Shown: positions 55,035 through 64,000, counted from the first letter of the stretch. The stretch is DNA of 64,000 bases from a bacterium (GCA_003251635.1 QKEW01000011.1:39411-103410), one strand, 5' to 3'. The notes: generated by a model not told the origin, from the sequence alone. Translations and numbers: made by a program.

Positions 55035-55469
55035 ATGGAACCAGTAGTAAATCAAGATCCGAAAGAATCTTCCGAAAAAATTGAATTTAAGATGGAAACT
55101 TTGTCTGATGAGTCTCCAAATAAAGAAATTTTTGCTGACGAAAAAGAAAAGGTTTCTGAGAAAAGTTCGGCGGAAAAGGATGCGGCCTACAATCAAATCC
55201 TTTCCAAGCTTAGTGACGATGATGATAGTGATGATAAAAAAGGTTCCGGAGATGTGATCGGTGATGCTGAAAAAGCTTCGCAAAAAACTGACGCAGCTTC
55301 GCAAATTCAGCACTTGGTGGACGTCGCTTCAGTTAAAGGCGTTGTGCACGCGGTTAAGGTGGCGCGACATTTGGAAGATAATTATGTGCTCGATGCTTTT
55401 CATGATAAGTTGATGGCTGATGAGCTGCATGATGCTTTGGTGAAAAAGGGTTTATTGAAAAATTCCTAA
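55035..55469 (+). CDS. Small acidic hypothetical protein (144 aa) with a poly-Asp/Ser stretch
   Basis: SDDDDSDDKKGSGD low-complexity region with a conserved-looking C-terminal helical segment. It immediately precedes the P-loop ATPase. Confidence 0.45.
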   Translation: MEPVVNQDPKESSEKIEFKMETLSDESPNKEIFADEKEKVSEKSSAEKDAAYNQILSKLSDDDDSDDKKGSGDVIGDAEKASQKTDAASQIQHLVDVASVKGVVHAVKVARHLEDNYVLDAFHDKLMADELHDALVKKGLLKNS

Positions 55470-55511
55470 GCATATTTTTTAGGTTAATAAAAATAAAAAT
55501 ACAAAAACAAG

Positions 55512-57980
55512 ATGGATTTTTTTGATTTTAATTTGATTCTGGTGCCACTCTCAATTTTATTGGCTTTCGCTACTTTTATTGTGGGCGGACTTTTGGTTTT
55601 GAAGAGCTTTTTTGGTTTTCGAGGTGAGATCAGTCGTTCGGTCAATATGGATCTGGAAATGGTCAAAATCGCCAAGGTTTTTCGAAACAAAAAAGAGCAC
55701 GAAAATCCAGAGACTTGGAAGGAAGAGATTGGAGCCATGGAGCAACTCCTAGGGACGTTAGCTAATATGAAAGATAAGTCCTCCATGATCCGTCATTTTT
55801 TCTACGGCAGTCCCCATGTGAGTTTGGAACTGGCTCAGCCGGCTAATAGTGAAGAGATCCTTTTCTATTTAGCGGTGCCAAAAAGATTTCGCGAAAGTAT
55901 TGAAAAACAGATTCATAGTTATTTTCCGGAAGCGTCTATTGAAAAAGTTTCTGATTATACGATTTTTTCTCCCGGTAGTTTCACAGCCTGTGCTACACTG
56001 GGCTTAAAAAACACTTTCGCTTTGCCGGTGGTCACTTATGAAGATATGGATGTTGATCCTCTCAGTGAAATTTCCAACGCTCTGAGTAAATTGCATGATT
56101 TTGAAGAGGGAGCAGTGATTCAATTGGTTTTGCGACCGGCTGGAATTTCTTGGCGAACCAAGGGTCGGGAAATTGCCCATAAGATGCAACAAGGCAAGCA
56201 GCTTAAAGATGCCTACAATAGTTCGTTTCTTTGGGATTTGGGCAAGGATGTGGTAAAAACCATGCAAGCAAAACCAGGAGAAATGGTTAAAAGTCCAGAG
56301 TCTGTCCAATTAACTCCGGAGGAGCAAGAATTAGTCAAAGATATTGAAAGAAAATCCAGCAAAGTAGCTTTTCGGGCCAATGTCAGAATTTTGGCTTCAG
56401 CTAAAACTCAGCAAAGAGCTGACGATATTTTGTCGCATTTGGAAAATTCTTTTTCCCAGTTTGAAAATGCCGGAGTCAATCATTTCACTATTCGAACTCG
56501 AACTAAAGACAAGAAAATTGCTTTTGATTATATCTTCCGTAATTTTAATGAAGAAAACGCCATGATTTTGGGAGTGGAGGAAATTGCCAGTATTTTTCAT
56601 TTTCCAATTTCTACTACCGAAACTCCAAAAATCAAATGGCTTAAGGCTGGTGCGGCTCCGCCTCCGCCCAATGTTCCCAAAGAAGGTTTGCTTTTGGGTT
56701 ATAATGATTATCGCGGACTCAAGACGGATATTCGCATGACGGATAATGATCGGCGCCGACATCTCTATACTATCGGTCAAACTGGAGCGGGGAAATCAAA
56801 TTTCTTGCAAGAACTGGCCAAGCAAGATGCTAAGAATGGCAAAGGATTTTGTTTTATTGATCCGCATGGAGACGCAATTGAAGATATTTTGACCGCTATT
56901 CCAAAGGAACGGGCTGAAGATGTGATTGTTTTTGATCCTTCGGATGTGGAGCGTCCTTTTGGTTTGAATATGTTGGAATATGATCCAGCTAATCCTCAAC
57001 AGAAAACTTTCGTAGTCAATGAGATGATTGGAATCTTTGATCAACTCTATGATTTGAAAGCGACCGGTGGTCCAATGTTTGAACAATACGTGCGCAATGC
57101 CATGCTTTTGATTATGGAGGATCCTGAGTCCGGTTCAACTTTGATGGAAATTTCCAAGGTTTTGGCGGATGAAGAATTTCGTCGCATGAAACTGTCCAAA
57201 TGCACCAATCCGGTAGTGCGAGATTTTTGGATCAAGGAAGCGGAAAAGGCTGGGGGCGAGGCGGCTTTGGCTAATATGGTGCCCTACATTACTTCAAAAT
57301 TGACTAGCTTCATTTCCAATGACATGATGCGTCCGATTATTGCTCAACAAAAAAGCACTTTGAATTTTCGCGAAATCATGGATACCGGTAAGATTTTATT
57401 GGTCAAGCTTTCCAAAGGGAAGATTGGCGAAATCAACGCTCATCTGCTCGGTATGGTGATTGTGGGCAAGATTTTGATGAACGCTTTGGCTCGAGTGGAT
57501 ATACCAGAAAATCAGCGGCGGGATTTTTATCTTTATTTGGATGAGTTTCAAAATGTGACTACGAATTCAATTTCGCAGATTCTCTCGGAAGCTCGTAAAT
57601 ATCGTTTGTGCCTGGTTATTGCGCACCAATTCATCGGACAGCTTAGTGAAGAAATTTCCAAGGCGGTTTTCGGTAACGTTGGTTCAATGTGTGTTTTTCG
57701 AGTCGGTCCGGAGGATGGGGAATTTTTGGAAAAGCAGTTTTCGCCGGTTTTTGCAGCCGATGATCTGGTGAATGTTGATAATTACAATTGTTTCACTAAA
57801 ATGTTGATTAATAATGAACTTTCCAAGCCATTCAGCATGAAAACCTATCCGCCGACTGAAGGTGATCAAAAAATTGCCAATTATCTCAAGGAACTTTCAC
57901 GCCTCAAATATGGCCGTGACGCCAAGATTGTGAACATGGAAATTATTGAGAGGACCAAATTGGCGGAGAGTGTTAGATAA
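55512..57980 (+). CDS. Membrane-anchored FtsK/HerA-superfamily P-loop ATPase, most similar in motif layout to type IV coupling proteins (VirD4/TraG/TraD-like)
   Basis: Two N-terminal TM helices. Walker A RRHLYTIGQTGAGKSNFL, followed by CFIDPHGD. Walker B FYLYLDEFQNV. Q/arginine-finger region RLCLVIAHQFIGQL. 822 aa. Confidence 0.65.
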   Translation: MDFFDFNLILVPLSILLAFATFIVGGLLVLKSFFGFRGEISRSVNMDLEMVKIAKVFRNKKEHENPETWKEEIGAMEQLLGTLANMKDKSSMIRHFFYGSPHVSLELAQPANSEEILFYLAVPKRFRESIEKQIHSYFPEASIEKVSDYTIFSPGSFTACATLGLKNTFALPVVTYEDMDVDPLSEISNALSKLHDFEEGAVIQLVLRPAGISWRTKGREIAHKMQQGKQLKDAYNSSFLWDLGKDVVKTMQAKPGEMVKSPESVQLTPEEQELVKDIERKSSKVAFRANVRILASAKTQQRADDILSHLENSFSQFENAGVNHFTIRTRTKDKKIAFDYIFRNFNEENAMILGVEEIASIFHFPISTTETPKIKWLKAGAAPPPPNVPKEGLLLGYNDYRGLKTDIRMTDNDRRRHLYTIGQTGAGKSNFLQELAKQDAKNGKGFCFIDPHGDAIEDILTAIPKERAEDVIVFDPSDVERPFGLNMLEYDPANPQQKTFVVNEMIGIFDQLYDLKATGGPMFEQYVRNAMLLIMEDPESGSTLMEISKVLADEEFRRMKLSKCTNPVVRDFWIKEAEKAGGEAALANMVPYITSKLTSFISNDMMRPIIAQQKSTLNFREIMDTGKILLVKLSKGKIGEINAHLLGMVIVGKILMNALARVDIPENQRRDFYLYLDEFQNVTTNSISQILSEARKYRLCLVIAHQFIGQLSEEISKAVFGNVGSMCVFRVGPEDGEFLEKQFSPVFAADDLVNVDNYNCFTKMLINNELSKPFSMKTYPPTEGDQKIANYLKELSRLKYGRDAKIVNMEIIERTKLAESVR

Positions 57981-58197
57981 AAATACTTTATTTTAAGATT
58001 TTTCTTTTCGTGTTTTTTTAACTGGGCTCCGATTGACTTTCGGCTTATTTTTGCTATGATTATCTGAATAATAAAGGGTTCGTTAACAAGTTCTAAAAAA
58101 GACAGATTTAAAATTGAATGATGGATGATATTTCAAGCCATTGTTGTCTGACTGTTTGTCATGGTTGTGTCATTTTTTGAATTAAAGGAGAAATTGG

Positions 58198-58599
58198 GTG
58201 CCAAATAAAAATGAATTGGTTGGTGTTGGATCTTTTGTTTATTTATGTGAGCAAAAGATAATTCTTTACATAGAAGAAGCAACGCGGGAGAAAGACGGAA
58301 TTTTTGCCAAATGTTTGTCGTTGGATAATTTTGAGCGACACGAGTTGTCTTTTTCGTTTCCAAAAGGCGAAAGGTGCAAATCGGGAACCGTCCTAGTTTG
58401 TCATTTTGAAGGAGTGAAAATGGCATTGGATTGGGAAATTAAAAAAATAAGGCGAGGTAGGCTAGGCCAAGTGGCCGAGAAAAATCTACCTAAATATGTT
58501 GCAAGATTAAATGAGTTTTTTATCAACAAAAACTTAGCGAAAAAAAATTTATTTTCTCTGGAGATTCTAAAAAAAGATTTATATCAACCTGTTTGGTAA
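58198..58599 (+). CDS. Hypothetical protein (133 aa)
   Basis: ORF followed by the terminator-like hairpin AGCGATTCGGG-aaaaa-CCCGGTCGCT and a T-run at about 58690-58730. Confidence 0.4.
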   Translation: MPNKNELVGVGSFVYLCEQKIILYIEEATREKDGIFAKCLSLDNFERHELSFSFPKGERCKSGTVLVCHFEGVKMALDWEIKKIRRGRLGQVAEKNLPKYVARLNEFFINKNLAKKNLFSLEILKKDLYQPVW

Positions 58600-58750
58600 A
58601 AAGGAGGATTGGTGTGACATATGAAAGGATAGACTTAATTTTAGCCCCTGGCCCAGGCAAGATGAGTAAAGTTTGTATCGCAAGCGAAATAAAGCGATTC
58701 GGGAAAAACCCGGTCGCTTTTTTTATTTTAATTTTAGATTGATCTTGGAG

Positions 58751-58786
58751 CACGTACGTACGTCCGTCAGTACGTTCGTACGTACG
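58751..58786. repeat. GTAC/ACGT-rich palindromic element (copy 3): CACGTACGTACGTCCGTCAGTACGTTCGTACGTACG
   Basis: It shares a 20-mer with copy 1 at 19 of 20 positions (ACGTACGT[T/C]CGTCAGTACGT) and is flanked by self-complementary CGTACGTACG units. Confidence 0.75.
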
Positions 58787-58810
58787 AAAATAAAATCATT
58801 AAATTAAAAA

Positions 58811-58835
58811 ATCGCCACAGCGGCGATTTCTGGCT
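58811..58835 (-). terminator. Intrinsic terminator for the minus-strand 766-aa gene
   Basis: AATCGCC-acagc-GGCGATT hairpin. On the minus strand it is followed by TTTTTTAATTT. Confidence 0.6.
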
Positions 58836-58881
58836 TTAAGTAAAGGTAATTTTAAGGAATAGAAAATAAGGGTAAATTTTT

Positions 58882-61182
58882 TTATTCTGGCTTGAATGCC
58901 AAGATGGTTTTATCTAAGTTTAGGTAGATTTTTTTATTTTCTTCGTCGAAGGCCAGGTTTTGGGCTTGACCAATTTTTTCGTTTTGGAATTGTCGGACAA
59001 TTTGACCGCTGCTGTTAAATTCTATCAAGCGGGAGTTTTCGCGATCTAAAATAAAAATTCGCGCTTCATCTTCACTGGCAATGACTTGATCGAAATTGAT
59101 TAGTGTTTGAGAATCTTCAAATTTGAGGTTTGTTTGGCGTCCCTGGGATAATTGGAGTAGTTTATTTTTTTGAGCCAATAGCAGATTCTCACTAACTGCC
59201 AAATCTTGAGTTGAGTTCAAATCAATCTTGTCCTTGAGCCAGTCAGTTTTTTGTCCAAAGCCGCCTTCAGCTCGCGGAAAGCGGTAAATTTGATTGTTTT
59301 GAGCATCTAACAAATAAATATAGGTCAGATAGGTGGCGATGAATTTTATTTTACTATCGGAAGGAATATCAATCGATTCGGTCTTGATTTCTTTGGATAA
59401 GGGGGAAAAGGAAATGAGCTGGTTTTGATCAGTTAAGGTGAAAACCAAATTTAGATCAGGCATGAATGTGGCGGCTTGAAACTTTCCGCTTTCAGCGGGA
59501 AAATCAAAAGTCTGCCAATTTTTTGAGTTTTGATCAAAAATAGATACGCTTTTGTCGTTGACCGCCAAAAGAGAATCTTGGGGGGCAAATATTTTTTTTG
59601 CTGCAATTGAAGTCGGAATGCTTTCGAAGTTTGAATCTTCTAGAAAAGCCATGTTTTTTTCCTGGTCATATTTTGAAGTTGGATTCGTGGCGGTTGGCGC
59701 GGTTTCGATGTTCTCAATGGAGTTGGAATTTTTTTGTTCGGAATCGGATCGGGAGAAAAACATTGGCAAGAAAATGATTAAGGCCAATGCGATCAAGGCA
59801 TAGAGCTTTTGTTTTTTACTCAGTTTTAGAAATAAATTGGCGATTTTTTTCAGGTGAGGCAAGGCGAAGCTGGAAATTTTTTGAAAGAAGCGAGTCAGTT
59901 TTGTGGTGATTGGATCGGATTTGAATTGCAGATTGAAAGATTGGATCGAGGGTGTTTCAATGCCATTTATTTTTTCAGATGATTGTGGATGACCGGGCTT
60001 TTCTTGTTGGTAGGACTCAAAATCGGTATTTTTAGTTTTTTTTTCTAACTCGGAAAAATCATTTTTTGTTTTGAGTGAATCAAGTTTATTTTTTGCAGCC
60101 TCAATATGGGATTTGTAGTCATGAGAGTAGACGTCTTGGAAAAACTTTTTGGTTTTGCGTCTGAGCCAATTGAATTGTTTGCGTAGGGAAATTTTGAGGT
60201 TGTCGAAAAAATTGAAAGTAAGCTCTTGGAATATTTGCCAGTTTTCATTCAAGCGACTTTCTTTATTTTCACCAGATTTGTTTTCATCCGGACTTTGAAT
60301 GTAGATGTGGCCAGTTTTTTTGTCGGTATATTCAGCGGCTTCTTGTTTCGAAATAGCATCTTCAATGGTTTGTTCCCGGTAATTGGGATCGCCATTTTCA
60401 CTCTGTCGGTTTTGTACAAAAGCTTTTTGACTAAAAACATTCAAGTCGTCAGCTTTCTTTTGGGATTTATTTGCGCCAAAGGTTGCGGACGCTTCATTCT
60501 TGGGCGGCTCACTGATGTCAACAACCACGGTGCCGGCCAGATCCAGTTCGTTCGTTAGGGCTGTTTTGAGGAATTGAACAAACTTTTCTTTTTCTAGGCG
60601 AGCCAAGTTTTTCTTTAATTCCTTTATAGAAAGGATTTGAAAAATATCATCAGAAGTTATGACTAGTCTGTCATCTTTTTCCAGGCGGCCACTGGAAACA
60701 TTGATGAAAGTTTCCAAAGGATTGAGTTTTTCGGGTGATTCCTCGGCTAGATCGGCTGTGATTTCTGTTAGAAAGTTATTGCGAAAAAGTAAAATCTTAG
60801 CTTTGCCGGTAACGGCAAAATGCAAGTTGTTTTTTTCCAAAACACAAATAGCACTGTCTAGTTTTCCTAGCCACTTGATGTTTCCGTGTTTGGCCAGCTC
60901 AGAAAGAGCAAGGTTAACCTTGTTTAGGGCAGCATCAAAGCTTTCTACTACCGGTCTTTTGCTGTTTAAATAATACTCCTTTTTTAAAACGGAATTGAGA
61001 AAATTGACGATATAGGCGCTTTCTTCGCTATATTCGCGAATTTCAAACAATCCAGTCAAGCAGCCCAATTGTTTTTGGGTAATGTTTTCTGGAGCATATT
61101 GAAAAATTTCGATGTAGGGCTTGAGGTTTTTGTTATTAACCACCAAAATAGGGGAAATTTCTTTTTCCATAGTTTGAGTCAC
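58882..61182 (-). CDS. Hypothetical bitopic membrane protein with a cytoplasmic degenerate PP2C/SpoIIE-like N-domain, a central coiled/charged region, a TM helix and an extracytoplasmic repeat-like C-domain
   Basis: The N-terminal about 200 aa follow the PP2C block order (..SAICVLEKNNLHFAVTGKAKILLFRNN..ITSDDIFQIL) but lack the metal-binding Asp residues. TM helix LYALIALALIIFLPMFF at about residue 465. 766 aa. Confidence 0.45.
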   Translation of the reverse strand: MTQTMEKEISPILVVNNKNLKPYIEIFQYAPENITQKQLGCLTGLFEIREYSEESAYIVNFLNSVLKKEYYLNSKRPVVESFDAALNKVNLALSELAKHGNIKWLGKLDSAICVLEKNNLHFAVTGKAKILLFRNNFLTEITADLAEESPEKLNPLETFINVSSGRLEKDDRLVITSDDIFQILSIKELKKNLARLEKEKFVQFLKTALTNELDLAGTVVVDISEPPKNEASATFGANKSQKKADDLNVFSQKAFVQNRQSENGDPNYREQTIEDAISKQEAAEYTDKKTGHIYIQSPDENKSGENKESRLNENWQIFQELTFNFFDNLKISLRKQFNWLRRKTKKFFQDVYSHDYKSHIEAAKNKLDSLKTKNDFSELEKKTKNTDFESYQQEKPGHPQSSEKINGIETPSIQSFNLQFKSDPITTKLTRFFQKISSFALPHLKKIANLFLKLSKKQKLYALIALALIIFLPMFFSRSDSEQKNSNSIENIETAPTATNPTSKYDQEKNMAFLEDSNFESIPTSIAAKKIFAPQDSLLAVNDKSVSIFDQNSKNWQTFDFPAESGKFQAATFMPDLNLVFTLTDQNQLISFSPLSKEIKTESIDIPSDSKIKFIATYLTYIYLLDAQNNQIYRFPRAEGGFGQKTDWLKDKIDLNSTQDLAVSENLLLAQKNKLLQLSQGRQTNLKFEDSQTLINFDQVIASEDEARIFILDRENSRLIEFNSSGQIVRQFQNEKIGQAQNLAFDEENKKIYLNLDKTILAFKPE

Positions 61183-61335
61183 AAAAAACTGATTTTGTTC
61201 TTTGGATATTATATAATAATTTTATCTCAATGCCAAACAATTCGGTAATTTTTTTCAGACGAACAATGTTTACTTTTTTGTTTGGCGCCTTTATAATGTA
61301 AATAAGGTGTAATTTCTAAGAATTTCATTAAAGAT

Positions 61336-61938
61336 ATGTCGGAAACTCTCGAGGTATTGTTTGGTTCTAAAGCTAAAACTAGGATTTTGCGGTGTTTTTT
61401 GCTCAATCCGGAAACTGAATTTTCTGCGACTCAGTTGGCTAAGAAAAATATGCTAACTCCTTTGCAGGTGCGCAAGGAATTGAATGTTTTAAAAAAAATA
61501 AGATTTGTTAATCAAAAAAACCGCCGAAAACAAAATGTTTATAGTTTGAATAATGATTTTCATTTCTGCGCCGAATTAAAAAGTTTGTTTGCCAAATCCA
61601 ATAGTCATCCTCAAAGTAAAAATTTGAGCAAGATCAAGATGATCGGAGACGTCAGATTGGTTTTGATTAGTGGGATATTTCTTAATTATTCCAAGGGTAA
61701 AGTCGATATGATTTTGGTTATCAATAATGTTGATCGCGCCAAGTTGAAAAAATTCATGAGCGCTTTGGAGGCTGAAATTGGCAGGGAGGTTGGTTTTGTT
61801 TTAATGAATACTGATGAATTCAAATATCGTTTGGACATGCTGGATCGTTTCTTGATTGATTTCCTGGAGGGTCCTTATAGTGAAATTGTCAACAAAATTC
61901 CAGGTTTAAAGAGGTTTGTGATGGGTCTTAGAAAATAA
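61336..61938 (+). CDS. Winged-helix DNA-binding protein with a C-terminal alpha/beta domain (hypothetical regulator)
   Basis: N-terminal wHTH TRILRCFLLNPETEFSATQLAKKNMLTPLQVRKELNVLKKIRFV. 200 aa. Confidence 0.4.
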   Translation: MSETLEVLFGSKAKTRILRCFLLNPETEFSATQLAKKNMLTPLQVRKELNVLKKIRFVNQKNRRKQNVYSLNNDFHFCAELKSLFAKSNSHPQSKNLSKIKMIGDVRLVLISGIFLNYSKGKVDMILVINNVDRAKLKKFMSALEAEIGREVGFVLMNTDEFKYRLDMLDRFLIDFLEGPYSEIVNKIPGLKRFVMGLRK

Positions 61939-61951
61939 TAAAAAACGCGTT

Positions 61952-63079
61952 ATGTTTTTGAATATAATTTTAATCGCTTTAGTTTTTTTGGTTCTGACTT
62001 TAGGCTGGATTATTTTTACGATTAAAAATAAGTTGGATGAAGGCGGTAATGATCAGCAGGCCAAAGAAAAAATAGCCGTGATTTTGGATCGACTCCAAGC
62101 GATTGGTCAACAAAATCAGAGTTTGCGTCGGGAGCTTGATGAAAAGCTATCCCAAACCCACCAAGCAACTCAGCGTCAAATGAGTGAGACAATCAGAACG
62201 GTTCAAGGCATCACTGGACAATCAGCCAAGTTGATTGGTGATGTGACTGAAAGACTGACCAAGCTGGACGAAACCAATAAGCAGATTGTCAATTTTTCAG
62301 CCCAGCTTCAGAATTTGCAAGACATTTTGAAAAATCCAAAACAAAGAGGGGTTTTGGGTGAATATTTTTTGGAAGAAACTTTGAAAAATGTTTTGCCACC
62401 CAATTCCTATCAGATGCAATACAAATTAGGAAGAGATGAAAAGACGGACAAAGATCTGATCGTTGACGCGGTGGTTTTTGTTAAGGAAAAAATCATCCCG
62501 GTTGATTCAAAGTTTTCTTTGGAAAATTATGAAAAAATTCTCAACACTAAAGATCAGGCTGAAAAGGAGCGTTTGGAAAAATTGTTCAAGCAGGATTTGA
62601 AAAACAGAATTGACGAAACATCCAAATATATCCAACCGGAAAAGGGCACTATGGATTTTGCTTTCATGTTCATTCCTTCGGAAGCTATTTATTATGATCT
62701 TTTGGTCAATCGGGTTGGAGCAGTTCAGGTTAATACTCGCGATTTGATTGAATATGCCTTTCAGGAGAAAAAGGTGATTATCGTTTCCCCAACTTCTTTC
62801 TTAGCCTACTTGCAAACGGTTCTGCAGGGATTGAGGGCTTTGCAAATTGAGGAAAGTGCCAAACAAATCAGAACTAACGTGGAAAAACTAGGCAAACATA
62901 TCGTGGCTTTCGAGGAATTTATGAAAAAAGTCCATGGTAGCTTGGGAACAACCGTGAATCATTTCAATTCGGCTTATCGGGAGCTGGGAAAAATCGATAA
63001 GGATGTTTCCAAGATAGCTGATAGCGAGAGGCAAATAGAACCATTGGTTTTAGAAAAACCATCAGCAGAAAATTCGTAG
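61952..63079 (+). CDS. rmuC: DNA recombination protein RmuC
   Basis: N-terminal TM, a coiled-coil region, and the C-terminal nuclease-like block DFAFMFIPSEAIYYDLL...VIIVSPTSFLAYLQTV typical of RmuC. Confidence 0.75.
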   Translation: MFLNIILIALVFLVLTLGWIIFTIKNKLDEGGNDQQAKEKIAVILDRLQAIGQQNQSLRRELDEKLSQTHQATQRQMSETIRTVQGITGQSAKLIGDVTERLTKLDETNKQIVNFSAQLQNLQDILKNPKQRGVLGEYFLEETLKNVLPPNSYQMQYKLGRDEKTDKDLIVDAVVFVKEKIIPVDSKFSLENYEKILNTKDQAEKERLEKLFKQDLKNRIDETSKYIQPEKGTMDFAFMFIPSEAIYYDLLVNRVGAVQVNTRDLIEYAFQEKKVIIVSPTSFLAYLQTVLQGLRALQIEESAKQIRTNVEKLGKHIVAFEEFMKKVHGSLGTTVNHFNSAYRELGKIDKDVSKIADSERQIEPLVLEKPSAENS

Positions 63080-63106
63080 AACTTAAAATAAGCTGAAAAA
63101 ATTTTC

Positions 63107-63469
63107 ATGCGTCCCAAATTTTTTTCTCAAGATTTTTTTCGAAATTCGGTTGTTCATTGGATGTTGATTGCTTCCATTTTGTTAAACTTGGGATGTTGGG
63201 GTGTTTTGCTTTTTTTTGTGCGGCCAGTTGATTTTCCTATCATTTTGCATTATAATGTTTACTTCGGGGTGGATATTATTGGAATTTGGTGGCAAGCCTA
63301 TTTCTTCCCCCTGATTTCCTTGGCGATTATGCTTATAAATACGGTTTTGGCCTATTTTGCCTTTTCTAGCCAAGAGAGAATTATCAGCTATGTTTTATTG
63401 CTTAGTGCTTTATTGGTGCAAATTGGAGCATTGATTGTGGCTGCCAGCATTATCTTAATCAACTATTAA
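63107..63469 (+). CDS. Small polytopic membrane protein, hypothetical
   Basis: 120 aa with four hydrophobic helices. Confidence 0.4.
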   Translation: MRPKFFSQDFFRNSVVHWMLIASILLNLGCWGVLLFFVRPVDFPIILHYNVYFGVDIIGIWWQAYFFPLISLAIMLINTVLAYFAFSSQERIISYVLLLSALLVQIGALIVAASIILINY

Positions 63470-63482
63470 TATATATCTAAGA

Positions 63483-64000
63483 ATGTTTGAATTTCCGAAT
63501 CCGCGGACCGAGAATATTCGCGAAAGAAAAATTCAGAGGATTTTGGAAATTATTCCAGGCACTTTGACCTGGGTAACTCTTTTGGGTATGTTTTTTCTTT
63601 CTTTTTTGCTGCCGGTTTGGGTGGCTGTTTTTATCATAGCTTTTGATGTCTATTGGATTTATCGCACAATTTTTATTACCACTTATTCGACATTGGCTTA
63701 CCGAAAATTTTGTCGGGGTAAAAATACGGATTGGTGGGAGAGATGCCAAAATATTATTCATCCGTCTCAATATGTCAAAGATTTGTCTGATAGGATTGAA
63801 AATTTAAAAAATCAACGGAAAAGTGTTTTTAATCCTCTAAAGAGACGAAAAATCGGCCAGGAAATTAGGATTCAAAAGACCTTTTTGGAAAGTGTCAAAG
63901 AAATTGAAAAGAATAAGGACGAAGTTTGGGATTGGCGTCAAATAGTTCATGTGGTAATGCTTCCGACCGCCAACGAACCGGCTGAGATAATCGATCCGGC
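63483..64000 (+). CDS. Partial CDS (5' part, runs off the window end): membrane glycosyltransferase, probably family 2
   Basis: ATG at 63483 opens a frame with no stop to position 64000 (MFEFPNPRTENIRE...VVMLPTANEPAEIIDP). Two TM helices are followed by the GT2-like start of a catalytic domain (vvmLPTaNEp). It is absent from the ORF track because it has no stop inside the window. Confidence 0.5.
   Translation, partial: MFEFPNPRTENIRERKIQRILEIIPGTLTWVTLLGMFFLSFLLPVWVAVFIIAFDVYWIYRTIFITTYSTLAYRKFCRGKNTDWWERCQNIIHPSQYVKDLSDRIENLKNQRKSVFNPLKRRKIGQEIRIQKTFLESVKEIEKNKDEVWDWRQIVHVVMLPTANEPAEIIDP

Noticed and set aside
63477-63770. 97-aa minus-strand ORF near the window end
   Set aside because: It is overlapped on the + strand by a longer open frame (63483 onward) with TM helices and a GT2-like catalytic start. 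The minus ORF has no support.
1-64000. Searched for CRISPR arrays, IS elements or transposases, integrases, and rRNA or tRNA genes
   Set aside because: There are no regularly spaced direct repeats, no DDE or recombinase motifs, and no rRNA-like or cloverleaf-capable GC-rich segments other than the single ncRNA candidate.

Overview
This is a low-GC, gene-dense bacterial window read in the standard genetic code (table 11), with many TTG/GTG starts. Its gene content has the flavour of a reduced-genome, Candidate-Phyla-Radiation-like organism: two DUF4012 proteins, shortened ProRS, AspRS and PGK, and many envelope glycosyltransferases. That organism assignment is inference from gene content only. 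Nearly everything is on the + strand.

Recognisable housekeeping genes: proS, ispH, aspS, scpA and scpB, a dacA-like carboxypeptidase, mraY, pgk, argS, murJ, eno, a PfkB-family kinase, ftsA and rmuC. There is also a four-gene alpha-glucan block (phosphorylase, glycogen-synthase-like GT, GH57, GH15), a histidine kinase, and a tandem-receiver response regulator.

The accessory-looking content is the part worth a second look. (1) The 3' end of pgk is present three times, and the copies bracket two inserted genes (a hypothetical, and a wHTH-phosphoribosyltransferase fusion with a near-consensus promoter and operator). (2) Three intergenic copies of a GTAC/ACGT-rich palindromic element. (3) A roughly 350-nt GC-rich structured RNA candidate with its own strong promoter and terminator, whose family I could not assign. 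(4) A membrane-anchored ClpB-like AAA+ protein whose D1 ATPase motifs are degenerate. (5) A cluster made of a large PQ-repeat protein, two small acidic proteins and a membrane-anchored VirD4/TraG-like P-loop ATPase, with no other T4SS genes nearby. (6) A compositionally odd islet carrying an alpha-oxoamine-synthase (BioF/Kbl/SPT) family enzyme. (7) Three GT-C (ArnT/PMT-like) membrane glycosyltransferases plus GT4s.

No rRNA, tRNA, CRISPR array, transposase or integrase was found.
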